A stretch of 64,000 nucleotides of DNA from Pristiophorus japonicus (Eukaryota): contig NC_091981.1 in the NCBI RefSeq assembly GCF_044704955.1, positions 273,730,001 to 273,794,000 of the forward strand. The letters run 5' to 3'. Numbering within the stretch: position 1 is the first letter of the stretch; each line of letters begins with the position of its first letter. This document shows positions 25,208-37,666 of this stretch, piece after piece. The notes beneath the pieces were generated by a model. The model was not told the origin of the DNA. It did not search any database and saw only the letters and a list, made by a program, of their open reading frames with translations. The translations under genes were made by a program, and so were the position numbers.

Positions 25208-26257
25208 AGCCTACACCTGACTCCAGTTCCACCCTATATTATAGACTCATTAACAGCTAACGATGGGCCCACATCCTCAGAGCCAATTTAAAAGAAAGAA
25301 TGGCTCAACTAAAGAGTCTTGAAATAAGTGGACTCAGTGCCCTGAGAAGCGCGAGCCTTGGACAGTGCTGTAAGCCACGTTGTTTCAGACGCAAAATGGC
25401 TTCTTGGCCCTTTCAACTGCTGCAGCAGCACTGGTATTTTCTTCCCCCAGAGGCAGACTGCCTATGGAGGGTACTAATAGTGCTGGAGGCCCACCATAAA
25501 TATCGAATGAAGATACTTGGTGGAGTTACACTGACTGATGGAACTGATGGAAGTCCACCATGAATATCAAATGTAGGTACCTTGTGGACTAACACTGACT
25601 AACGGAACTGCAGCTTTGGTGCTATTTCAATAGTATATTTATCCCTTTGTATTTGACCGGGCGTCACAAGAAGCAGTCAAGCCAATAAATTCAAAATGCA
25701 AGCAATTTTATAGTTTTTATTTGCACATATGTTTGATTGACATCTCTTTGAGGTTAAGAAATGTAGATGTAATTTTTTTAAAAACTGGGACGTAAAACAT
25801 TCTCATCTGAAGTCAGAAAGAGCTGGATAGGCCAGAAAGACTTCATGAATGGTCAGCAACAAACACCATGTAAAGGTTAATATTCAGAGACCTTGGTCTC
25901 GATATTAACCTCCCCATGATGGGCGGGAGAGGGTCAGACCAGGTGTTAGTAATGTTGAAACGGGCAATATGTCCCCAACCCGCCTGTTGCCTCTGCCAAT
26001 CATGGCCTCTCTCTCCGCCTGCCATGATCACTGACCTCTCCCTGCCCCATACCCCACCCCCAAGCCCCGATCCCTCACTTCCAAACCCCTCACAGTTGCC
26101 GGACACCGTCCTCAAGCGTCCACGGCTGCGGCCTCCTGCCGTTGGTTTTCTGGCCCGGCAGCCAACCAGCCTGTCAATATGGCCAACTTCCGAGTGGTAA
26201 TTGGAAGAATAAAATTATAATGAGGTCCTGCTGTTAAACTCGGTAGAACCTCCATGA

Positions 26258-26720
26258 CATAGAAACATAGAAATTTACAGCGCAGAAGGAGGCCATTTCG
26301 GCCCATCGTGTCCGCGCCGGCCGACAAAGAGCTGCACGGCCCTCGGTCAGCAGCCCTGAAGGTTACATATAAACCTATGAACAATGAACAATGGCGGAAA
26401 GGTAAAGAGCACCCAGCCCAACCAGTCCGCCCCACACAACTGCGACACCCCTTACACTGAAACATTCTACACTCCACCACAACAGGAGCCATGTGATCTC
26501 CTGGGAGAGGCAAAAACCAGATCAAAACCCAAGCCAATTTGGGGAAAAGAAATCTGGGAAAATTCCTCTCCGACCCATCCAGGCGATCGAAACTAGTCCA
26601 TCAGATCACCCTGGCTGTATTCGATTCCCTGCAGTACTTACCATCATATCTGCACCAGCCAACAAGAGGTTATCCAGTCTAATCCCAATTACCAGTTCTA
26701 GGTCTGTAACCCTGCAGGTT
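26258..26720 (-). mobile_element. CR1-B-like 3' UTR with an extra ~330 bp module
   Basis: catagaaa tail + gaaggaggccatttcggcccatcgtgtccgcgcc as in CR1-B; resumes CR1-B-like sequence at ~26655. Confidence 0.8.
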
Positions 26721-26743
26721 TCTACGACCCTGGATTTACCAGT

Positions 26744-27017
26744 TGTAATGTATGTACCTGTGAGTACCCTCACAGGTTTATAGAGCTGTTGTATTGTGAG
26801 TGGCTCAGCCAGTCACATGATGTTTACAAGACTCAATAAAACCCCAGTCAATTGGGTCTAGGTCATCCACAATGAAGTATGCAGTTGTGAGCCTCGTGGA
26901 TAAACTGGTAACGTGTAGTGTGATTGTTAAATCTTTGTTAATAAACCAACTAGTTCTTAATAGCAATGTGTTGCTATGAACTCTTAAGCAAAGAACCCAT
27001 GAAGCAAATACATTACA
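26744..27017 (+). mobile_element. Solo LTR (probably Gypsy-type), 274 bp
   Basis: Perfect terminal inverted repeat TGTAATGTAT...ATACATTACA (TG...CA); internal AATAAA motifs; TSD imperfect (ccagt/cccgg). Confidence 0.75.
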
Positions 27018-28432
27018 CCCGGGTTTACCCCACGCTACTGTGCTCCCCCGCACCCTCCACAACCCCCCCCCCCGCCCTGTAAACATCAGATCTCATGTGG
27101 CTGGTTTGGTTTACATTGCTGTTGGGCTGTGTTTATTTTCTATTTTTCCGAGGAGGCAGAGTTAAGTCTATAACTGCTATAAATGTACAATATATTTGTT
27201 TCTTCTGTTCATCAGAGATAGACCGATAGGCCAGATACCCATTAACTGATAATAAATCTGTTTGACAGTTTATAGCCTTAGCAATAAGCTAATGAAGTGT
27301 TTATTCTACCTCATTCCAAAACTGAGGATGATTACTGGAGGGCATGCCATAAATCAGTGGCGGAAAAACAGCAACATGTTTTTTTCTATTTGATCTCTGA
27401 GATTACTACAAAATGTGTGGCTAGTGGACAAATCATAGGGAGCAAAGACTTGCCTACGGGAGTGGTCTGAGAGACTAAACCCAGAAATATATAGGTAAAA
27501 CCCAAAAGAATAACAGCATCTTTGGCTTTTACTGTACACCTACTCCTGATCACCTGTCTCCAACTGTGAAACTGACCACGAGGGGGAATCATCAGAATAT
27601 CACTAACCGTAGAATATTTAATCATTTACGGGGCTTTGTGTGAATAAAGAAAGACATTACAATCCGCTCCTGTTAAAGTAACCCCGATGTGCTGAATGAA
27701 ATATTTTCAGCTCATTCACATCAAGAGCAAGAAAACTAAAGTGATAAAACTTGCTTTGAAATTGTTAGCTTTACAGCTAGAAGAACTGTTCGAAATAAAA
27801 TGAAATGTATGAACACTGCACAAACACAATGCATCCACAGTACAGCATGTTCTACTTGGCTGATCACCTCAAATACCAGCTGCACCAGCTCTCACTAGCC
27901 TAAGAAAATGGCGAAGCCAAATTTCTGCTATTTTCTTCCATATTCCACACCGGGAGCTTCTTCAGGAAAAGTAAAATATGATCGAGCAGTAAAAATGTGC
28001 TTGCATATATATTGAAGTGAGAAATTAACAATGTGCCTGGTGATTCAAGATTACCTTGTGATCTCGTCCTATAGCTGGTCTGCCAATTTCAATTCCTAGT
28101 CACAATCACATATTGGTAATTGTGCAATTACATACTTGACTTTATAACAGACCAGTGAGCATTTTCAACCTGTGCTTATTCCTACCTACTAAGTCTTTGT
28201 TTTTACACCTTTAATAGTTTTTTCACAAATTGTCCTGATGAGAGGACAACTTGAACTAAGCATTGATATCTGAACCATGTCAGCTATTGGAATACCTGTT
28301 GCTTAGGACAGAATGTACTTTGTGTTGATATTAAGTACTTTTAAATGGATTTCAATACAGCCAGTTGGCAAGAGAATTGTTATTATAAAGTCTGCTTCAG
28401 GAAGATATTTTCATTGTGCTACAATGATTATG

Positions 28433-29455
28433 GATGTCCTTGTACACGAATCACTGAAAGTTAACATGTAGGTACAGCAAGCAATTCAGAAAGCAAATGG
28501 TATGTTGGCCTTTATTACAAAAGCATTTGAGAATCAGAGTAAAGATGTCTTACTGCAATTATGTAGGGCCCTGATGAGACCACATCTGGAGTATTGTGTA
28601 CAGTTTTGGTCTCCTTATCTAAGAAAGGATAAAATTGCCATAGAGGGAGTGCAACAAAGCTTCGCCAGACTGATTCCTGGGATGGGGGATTGTCTTAGTC
28701 TGCTCAATTTGACCTCATATGCCTATATTCTCTAAAGTTTAGAAGAATGAGAGGTGATCTCATTGAAACATGCAAAGTTCTTACAGGGCTTGACAGATGC
28801 AGGGAGGATGTTTCCCCTGGCTAGGGAGTCAAGAACCAGAGGTCACAGTCTCAGAATATGGGGTCGGCCATTTAGGACTGAGATGAGGACAAATTTCTTC
28901 ACTCAGAGGGTGGTGAATCTTTAGAATTCTCTGCCCCAGTGGGCTGTGGGGACTCATTCGTTGAGTATATTCAAGACGAAGATTGACAGATTTTTGGATA
29001 TTATCATCATCGTAGGCAGTCCCTCGAAATCGAGGAAGACTTGCTTCAACTCCTGAAGTGAGTTCTTTGGTGGCTGAACAATCTAATACAAGAGCCACAG
29101 ACTCTGTCACAGGTGGGACAGATAGTCGTTGAGGGAAGGGATGGGTGGGACTGGTTCGCCGCATGCTCTTTCCGCTGACTGCGCTTGATTTCTGCATGCT
29201 CTCGGTGTTGAGACTCGAGATGCATTTCCTCCACTTAGGGCGGTCTTGGGGCAGGGACTCCCAGGTGTCAGTGGGGATGTTGCACTTTATCAGGGAGGCT
29301 TTGTGGGTGTCCTTGGATATTAAGGGAATCAAAGGATATGGGGATAGTGCAGGAAAGTGGAATTGAGGTAGAAGTTCAGCCATGATCTTATTGAACGACG
29401 GAGCAGGCTTGAGGGGCCGAATGGCCTACTCCTGCTCCTGTTTCTTATGTATTTA
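28433..29455 (+). mobile_element. CR1 LINE 3' portion interrupted by an RTE insertion
   Basis: MLAFI...RPHLEYCVQFWSPYL; continues after 29322 to a tcttatgt tail. Confidence 0.9.
29004..29312 (-). mobile_element. RTE-clade LINE 3' fragment
   Basis: KDTHKASL...WESLPQDRPKWRK, C-terminal CPTC...HQRTH zinc finger, (GAT)n tail, 10-bp TSD TTGGATATTA (28994-29003 / 29313-29322). Confidence 0.85.
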
Positions 29456-29475
29456 TGTAATGTAATGTTAGAAAC

Positions 29476-29625
29476 TAAAGCAAAATACTCCAAATGTTGG
29501 AAATCTGAAACAAGAAAAGAAAATGTTAGAAATACTCAGCAGGGCAGGCAGCATCTGTGGGAGGGAGAAACAGAGTTAACGTTTAGGGTCGATGACCCTT
29601 CGTCATGGATGCTGCCTGACATCAT
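29476..29625. mobile_element. Inverted-repeat (Penelope pLTR-like) element, right arm mostly deleted
   Basis: gaaatactcagcagggcaggcagcatctgtgg...gttaacgttt.gggtcgatgacccttcgtca followed by gatgctgcctgac. Confidence 0.6.
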
Positions 29626-29964
29626 GAATGTTAGAAACATGTGTTTGTGTGGGAATGTATGGAGGATTTTTAATAACACAGGGAGAAACTTTATTCTATA
29701 TTGTAGGATGCGCAGACACACATCACAGTTCTGTTCGCAGTAAATGATTTACCTCCAGTAAAAATGTCCCCACATCAGAATTGTTGATACAATTATTTTC
29801 CTGGAGTGAGGTTTTACAGGGACTGGCAGCAGCCAAGCTAGTTAAGAACTCAGAAGGAAAGTCTGGAAGAGTCATATTAATATCGATTGCAGTGTCCAGC
29901 TCCATTGGCAATTCCCCAGATAATGAAGCAGTCTATACCCGCAAACAGCAAGACCTGGATAAGT

Positions 29965-31130
29965 AGCAAGTAATATTTGCGTCACACAAGTGCCAGGCAA
30001 TGACCATCTCCAACAAGAGAGAGTCTAATCACCACCCTTTGACATTCAATGGCATTATCATCACCGAGACTCCACCATTAGTGTTCTGGTGGTTGTCATT
30101 GACCTGAGGCTGATCTAGAATAAACACCTAAAAAGCCATGGTTACCAGAACAGGTCAGAGGCTGAGTATCATGTGGTGCGTGACTAATCCCGATTTCCCA
30201 AAGCCTCTATACCACCTAAAAGTTGACTTATGAGGAAAGGTTGAGTAGGTTGGTCCTCTACTCATTGGAATTCAGAAGACTGAGAGGTGATCTTATTGAA
30301 ACATGTAAGATTGAGGGGGCTTGACAAGGTGGATGCAGAGAGGATGTTTCCACTGATAGGGGAGACTAGAACTAGAGGGCATAATCTTAGAATAAGGGAC
30401 CATCCATTTAAAACTGAGATGAAGAGAAATTTCTTCTCTCAGAGGGTTGTGGATCTGTGGAATTTGCTGCCTCAGAGAGCTGAGGAAGCTGGGACATTGA
30501 ATAAATTTAAGACAGAAATAGACAGTTTCTTAAACGATAAGGGGATAAGGAGAGCGGGCAGGGAAGTGAACCTGAGTCAATGATCGGATCAGCCATGATC
30601 GTACTGAATGGCGGAGCAGGTTCAAGGGGCCATGTGGCCTACTCCTGCTCCTAGTTCTTATGTTCTTATGTTCAAGGCACAAGTCGGGAGTGTGATGGAA
30701 TACTCCTGCCTTGCCTGCATGGGTGCAGCTGCAACAAGTCAAAAAAGCTCAACACCATTCAGGACAAAGCAGTCCACTTGATCGGCACCCCATACACTCC
30801 CTCCACCATCGGCGCACCGTGGCTGCAGTGTGTACTATCTACAGGATGCACTGCAGCAACTCGCCAGCATCTCCCAAACTCATGCCACCACCTGGAAACA
30901 TAAGGGCAGCTGGTGCATGGGAACACCATTACCTCCAGGTTTCACTCAAGGACACATATCATCCAGACGTGGACATATCTCACTGTCCCTTCATCATCAC
31001 TGGGTCAAAATTGTGGAACTCCCTATTTAACAGCATTGTGGGAGTACCTTCACCAAGTGGTCTGCAACGGTTGAAGAAAGCTCACCACCACCTGCTCAAA
31101 AGATGGCCTTGTCAACGGTCCCCACATCCT
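29965..31130 (+). mobile_element. Old CR1/L2-group LINE 3' portion, interrupted at 30222-30672
   Basis: Decayed ORF2 end (HSLHHRRTVAAVCTIYRMH...KLWNSL); colinear across the nested CR1. Confidence 0.65.
30222..30672 (+). mobile_element. CR1 3' fragment nested in an older LINE
   Basis: RTRGHNL...RNFFSQRVV; (TTCTTATG)n tail. Confidence 0.9.
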
Positions 31131-31431
31131 GAAGAATTATTTTTTTAATTAAAAAAGAAACAGTTGGGAGTGACTACAAGGCAGAAATTGAATCAATGCT
31201 TTCAGCTGGCACCAGATTTAAGATTGAACTCCAAGCAATTAAGAACATTATCCAAAACCTGAGCCTCTTTGCTTTGAAATCACTCCTCTCCATCTGTTCT
31301 AACTAATAGACAATGCTAAACATTAAATTAGTGTTTGGGAACTAGGCCGAGAATTCATGATGGCAGAATTCGTGGTTTTTTTTAAAATGCTGTTATTAAC
31401 TAAAAATACCGTGTCTCCTCATTCATAATTA

Positions 31432-31900
31432 AAGAAAGAACTTGCATTTATATAGTACCTTTCACAACCTCTGGACATCTCAAAGTGCTTCACAGCCAAC
31501 GAACTGCCTTTGAAGTATAGTCACCGCTGTAATGTGGGGAAACCCAGCATCCAATTTCTCCAAACCAAGGACACAGCACTGAGCAACGAGATCAATGAAA
31601 AGATATTTGTTTTTTTTTTTAAGTGTTGTTGGTTGAGGGATAAATATTGGCCAGGGCACCCGACGAACTCTCCTGCTCTTTGTATTGTGCCACGGGATCT
31701 TAAGTATCCACCCAAAAGGGTGCACTGTGCCTTGATTTAGCGTCTCATCCAAAAGATGGCAACTCAGACAGTGCAGCACTCCCTCAGTCCTGCACTAAAG
31801 AGTCAGCCTAGATTATGTGCTCAAGTCTCTGAAAGTGGGGCTTGAACCCACAATCTTCTGTCTCTCAGGTGGGAGTGCTACCCACTGAGCCAAGGCTACA
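31432..31900 (-). mobile_element. Full-length SINE (SacSINE1/DeuSINE-like)
   Basis: tRNA-like head with A/B-box-like ggctcagtgg / gggttcaagccc on the minus strand; L2-type tail. Confidence 0.85.
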
Positions 31901-31949
31901 CTGGAAGCAGATATTTAATTTTATATGAAACATGCAAAAATGAAAGACA

Positions 31950-32630
31950 GTAATAGGCCAGATGTCCATTGAGTCTGACCCATAACGCGCAGCATTATCC
32001 CATCCATTTACCCCCCTAACCCCGCCCATCCCCACTCCACACCCCTCCATCATATCCAGTCATGCAATCACCTGGGAAAGGTAAAAATCTAAGGAAATTT
32101 TAGGAAAAACAACTCTGGGAAATTCGTCTCCAACCTCTGATATTCCAGGAGACCAAGATGATGGGGATACACATTTCCCTTCTATATGTGATTACATTGG
32201 CCACAGTCAAGAAATCATTCATTTCCTTTTTGAATGTTTGCAGAAAATCTGCACTCACTGCACAAGCAGACAACTTGTTTCATAGATCAACAACTTTGTG
32301 AAAAGTACTTCCTGTCATCTGACCTCTTTCTATGCTTATGTAACCTAGACTTAGTCCCCTCATCCTCCATAACCTATTGAACTCATATATCCTTTTCACA
32401 TGTACTGAATCGATTCATTAAAAACTTTAATCAAATCTCCTTGAACTCTATGCTGTTCTAAAGTTTTTTTTTAAATTCTGCTCTCTAAGCCTATTCTGAT
32501 AACTTATGGTTTTTTAAAGCTAGGTATCAATCTAGTAGCCCTTCTCTAAATCTTTTCAAATCCTAAATATCACCTACCATGCAAAGGAACCAAAACTGGA
32601 CACAATATTCCGGATAAGGCCTAACTAGTG
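31950..32630 (-). mobile_element. Ancient CR1 3' portion
   Basis: accaaaactggacacaatattc (reverse complement of EYCVQFW) and decayed ORF2 end; 3' UTR module shared with 26258-26720. Confidence 0.65.
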
Positions 32631-34091
32631 TGACATTCACAATCATGAAAGAACCCTAAAAGTAGTTGTGATGTTACAACTGCAAAGTTTACCAAGAAAT
32701 GATTAATCGCAATTCATAAGAAAATTGTATTTTCAGTACAACTTAAATTTCAGGTGATGGGCTGAGTGTTGACTTCAGCTTCATGTTCGTCATGAATGGC
32801 AACAAAACCACTTGACTAATCTTGATAACCCAAAGTATTCATAGCCTTCTTAATGTATACATGCTAAAAATATTGTTGTTGGGTAGTAAAAATAACCACT
32901 CTGAATTAATACTCTCATTCTTTCCTGGGATCTCAAAACAGTGCAACACCGAACTTTCCTTAAATCTTCTCTTCCTACTGCAATCTACAGGCGTTTAACA
33001 GCCAAAGCTTGGAATCAGCTCATCAGTAAATCTTGAATTACTTTACCTTCCCACTTCCTCTGTGAATCTTGCTGGTGCCATGCCTTTAGAACAAACTGCT
33101 GAGTCATCAGCTATCACTTTGTTGAAGGTGCAGCAACATAAACGGAGAAGCATTATTCAAGCACCTGATTAAATCAATGCTTACTCTTCCAATTGGCATA
33201 GCAAACCACAACAAGTGGACATCGCGTTAATCAGCACATTAACATCTATCCACAGATGATGCTGATAGGCAAAAGCCTGACGCAAGCCTTCAGAACAATT
33301 CCCCCTCCTGCGCCACCACCGCCTTCCCCTACAGTTTATTTTGCCTTACAAATGCTATCTAGTCTATTTAATCTGCAAAGCAGAGGGCCGACACAAATGA
33401 TGAAATCGGATCATCTATTGATAATTCTGAATATATTCAACCAGAAAGAAAAAAATGGGAAATGAAGAGTGGACTACCCAATCTAGAGATAACATTCAGT
33501 GTGCTGCTGCTTTCCATTTCAGCCTCAATAAAATGGGGTTTGTATATTTCAATATTAACCAATGTAAAATGTACCATGCTTATTACAAATGTTACTCATT
33601 TTTCATGCATATCAATGCCCCTGACAATCCAAAATAATTAGTTATTCAGCACACCATACAATGTACGATAAACGGACAACACTTTGATGTAGCATTTTGA
33701 TGTTTTACTATGTTTCCAGTATGCACAATGCAGAGATTAATATCAATGCAATTGTAAATTAATAACCTACAATTTATTTTTTTACCACTGACTGCAGATC
33801 ACTCTGAAGAGCACACATATACACTTACAGGTACACACATATACACCTCTGTGCGCACATGCACACAGCATGTATTAATACTTCCAATTAGGTCTGCATG
33901 GTTCACACACCGGATCCTTTCTGCAATACACAAACTGGCGTCTGCTGACTAATAAACCAACGGACAAGGTCAGAATTGCAATCTGGATATTCAAAAACAC
34001 TGCAATGTTAGCTGGGCTGAAAAAAGACCAGCAAATACTTCTAATCAATCCAAAGGACACACAGAATCTGCTCAATTAATAGCTAGGAGAA

Positions 34092-34905
34092 TAAACCCTC
34101 TGACTAGGCCCCTAATCACAACAAACCCCACTGACCCGCTCCCCAATCACAACAATCCCTCTGATCAGCTCCATAATCACAACACAAACCTCTGACCCGC
34201 TCCCCAATCACAACAAACCCTCTGACCAGACCCCTAATCACAACAAACCCTCTGACCAGCTCCCCAATCACAACAAACCATCTGACCAACTCTCTAATCA
34301 CAACAAACCCTCTGACCAGTTCCCTAATCACAACACAAACCCTCTGACCAGCTCCCCAATCACAACAAACCCTCTGACCAGCTCCCTAATCACAACACAA
34401 ACCCTCTGACCAGCTCCCTAATCACAACACAAACCCTCTGACCAGCTCCCTAATCACAACAAACCCTCTGACCAGCTCCCCAATCAAAACAAACACTCTG
34501 ACCAGACCCCTAATCACAACAAACCCTCTGACCAGCTCCCTAATCACAACAAACCCTCTAACCTGCTCCCCAATCACAACAAACCCTCTGACCAGACCCC
34601 TAATCACAACAAACCCTCTGACCAGCTCCCCAATCACAACAAACCCTCTGACCAGACCCCTAATCACAACAAACCCTCTGACCAGCTCCCCAATTACAAC
34701 AAACCCTCTGACCAGACCCCTAATCACAACAAACCCTCTGACCAGCTCCCCAATTACAACAAACCCTCTGACCAGACCCCTAATCACAACAAACCCCTCT
34801 GACCAGCTCCCTAATCACAACACAAACCCTCTGACCAGCTCCCCAATCACAACAATCCCTCTGATCAACTCCCGAATTGCAACACAAACCCTCTAATTAC
34901 AACAA
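34092..34905. repeat. ~30-bp minisatellite
   Basis: Unit AATCACAACAAACCCTCTGACCAG(CTCCCC/ACCCCT), ~27 copies, some with an extra AC. Confidence 0.97.
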
Positions 34906-35594
34906 AATCCGTTGAGCTATCTGTAGATTGAACAATGAACCAGTGACTCAGGCGACATTCAGGCCGGGCAGACACTTGTTAGTTCCTTGTTCAGCAAGTA
35001 TTCCGGATGCTGGACAGCTCCCTTCACAATGGGCCACCTCAGCCGCCCGCTGTGCAATCTGTGCACTTCGCGTCGGCCACATACAATCGAGTTATTTGTT
35101 GTTTTCTCTAATCTATCTAAATCATCAAACCACAGAAAATGTTATTTATTTTACTGAGCTGCTGCACGAACCAGGAGTATCATTAAATACTCTTGGGCGG
35201 CAGTGTCATTTTCCAATTGTAATGCATGACTTTCGTGAATTATTTCCATTAAATTACATACAACTGAATCACTTTCAATGCCAGTCCGCGAACGTTGGTC
35301 ATTACCTTTAAAAAAAATCTGCTTGGTGGGGTGAAAAAAATAACGTTGTGGAACCTTAAGTAATATTTTAGCTCATTCGCTGAATATGAAGAAAATTGAA
35401 AATGCTCTTAAAAATTGGATTTGAGCAAAATCGGTGGTTACTGCATCAATTCTACAAGTACTAATCATGAATTTTGATCATTGAGTATCAGATTTTTGAT
35501 TTTTTTTTTGCTGTCATGTCAATGAATCAAGGGAAAAATGTAGCTTTACTCATGGTTGCAATGTCTTCGATTTAATTCAATATGTTCATCTTCT

Positions 35595-37666
35595 AAAAAT
35601 AAAAAAGGGAAGGTGGCTCAACCGTGGCTATCTAGGAAAATCAGGGATAGTATTAAAGCCAAGGAAGTGGCATACAAATTGGCCAGAAATAGCAGCGAAC
35701 CCGGGGACTGGGAGAAATTTAGAACTCAGCAGAGGAGGACAAAGGGTTTGATTAGGGTAGGGAAAATGGAGTACGAGAGGAAGCTTGCAGGGAACATTAA
35801 GGCGGATTGCAAAAGTTTCTATAGGTATGTAAAGAGAAAAAGGTTAGTAAAGACAAACGTAGGTCCCCTGCAGTCAGAATCAGGGGAAGTCATAACGGGC
35901 AACAAAGAAATGGCAGACCAATTGAACAAGTACTTTGGTTTGGTATTCACTAAGGAGGTCACAAACAACCTTCCGGATATAAAAGGGGTCAGAGGGTCTA
36001 GTAAGGAGGGGGAATTGAGGGAAATCTTTATTAGTCGGGAAATTGTGTTGGGGAAATTGATGGGATTGAAGGCCGATAAATCCCCAGGGCCTGATGGACT
36101 GCATCCCAGAGTACTTAAGGAGGTGGCCTTGGAAATAGCGGATGCACTGACAGTCATTTTCCAGCATTCCATTGACTCTGGATCAGTTCCTATTGAGTGG
36201 AGGGTAGCCAATGTAACCCCACTTTTTAAAAAAGGAGGGAGAGAGAAAATAGGGAATTATAGACCGGTCAGCCTGACCTCAGTAGTGGGTAAAATGATGG
36301 AATCAATTATTAAGGATGTCATAGCAGCGCATTTGGAAAATGGTGACATGATAGGTCCAAGTCAGCATGGATTTGTGAAAGGGAAATCATGCTTGACAAA
36401 TCTTCTGGAATTTTTTGAGGATGTTTCCAGTAAAGTGGACAAAGGAGAACCAGTTGATGTGGTATATTTGGACTTTCAGAAGGCTTTCGACAAGGTCCCA
36501 CACAAGAGATTAATGTGCAAAGTTAAAGCACATAAGATTGGGGGTAGTGTGCTGACGTGGATTGAGAACTGGTTGTCAGACAGGAAGCAAAGAGTAGGAG
36601 TAAACGGGTACTTTTCAGAATGGCAGGCAGTGACTAGTGGGGTGCCGCAAGGTTCTGTGCTGGGGCCCCAGCTGTTTACATTGTACATTAATGATTTAGA
36701 CGAGGGGATTAAATGCAGTATCTCCAAATTTGCAGATGACACTAAGTTGGGTGGCAGTGTGAGCTGCGAGGAGGATGCTATTAGGCTGCAGAGTGACTTG
36801 GATAGGTTAGGTGAGTGGGCAAATGCATGGCAGATGAAGTATAATGTGGATAAATGTGAGGTTATCCACTTTGGTGGTAAAAACAGAGAGACAGACTATT
36901 ATCTGAATGGTGACAGATTAGGAAAAGGGAAGGTGCAACGAGACCTGGGTGTCATGGTACATCAGTCATTGAAGGTTGGCATGCAGGTACAGCAGGCGGT
37001 TAAGAAAGCAAATGGCATGTTGGCCTTCATAGCGAGGGGATTTGAGTACAGGGGCAGGGAGGTGTTGCTACAGTTGTACAGGGCCTTGGTGAGGCCACAC
37101 CTGGAGTATTGTGTACAGTTTTGGTCTCCTAACTTGAGGAAGGACATTCTTGCTATTGAGGGAGTGCAGCGAAGATTCACCAGACTGATTCCCGGGATGG
37201 TGGGACTGACATATCAAGAAAGACTGGATCAACTGGGCTTGTATTCACTGGAGTTCAGAAGAATGAGAGGGGACCTCATGGAAACGTTTAAAATTCTGAC
37301 GGGTTTAGACAGGTTAGATGCAGGAAGAATGTTCCCAATGTTGGGGAAGTGCAGAACCAGGGGTCACAGTCTGAGGATAAGGGATAAGCTATTTAGGACC
37401 GAGATGAGGAGAAACTTCTTCACCCAGAGAGTGGTGAACCTGTGGAATTCTCTACCACAGAAAGTAGTTGAGGCCAATTCACTAAATATATTCAAAAGGG
37501 AGTTAGATGAAGTCCTTACTACTCGGGGGATCAAGGGTTATGGCGAGAAAGCAGGAAGGGGGTACTGAAGTTTCATGTTCAGCCATGAACTCATTGAATG
37601 GCGGTGCAGGCTAGAAGGGCTGAATGGCCTGCTCCTGCTCCTATTTTCTATGTTTCTATGTTTCTA
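35595..37666 (+). mobile_element. Young CR1-A1, 5'-truncated, with uninterrupted RT reading frame
   Basis: ORF 35556..37568 open through RT (QGSVLGP, KFADD) to the native stop; (TTTCTATG)n tail; TTCTAAA at both junctions. Confidence 0.97.

Noticed and set aside
28230-28260. CTGATGA followed by a small stem (possible hammerhead)
   Set aside because: GAAC instead of GAAA, no stem I/III, and the core is sequestered in a competing hairpin ttgtcct/aggacaa
34092-34905. CRISPR-like regular ~30-bp repeats
   Set aside because: Head-to-tail tandem units with no unique spacers, no cas genes, vertebrate context
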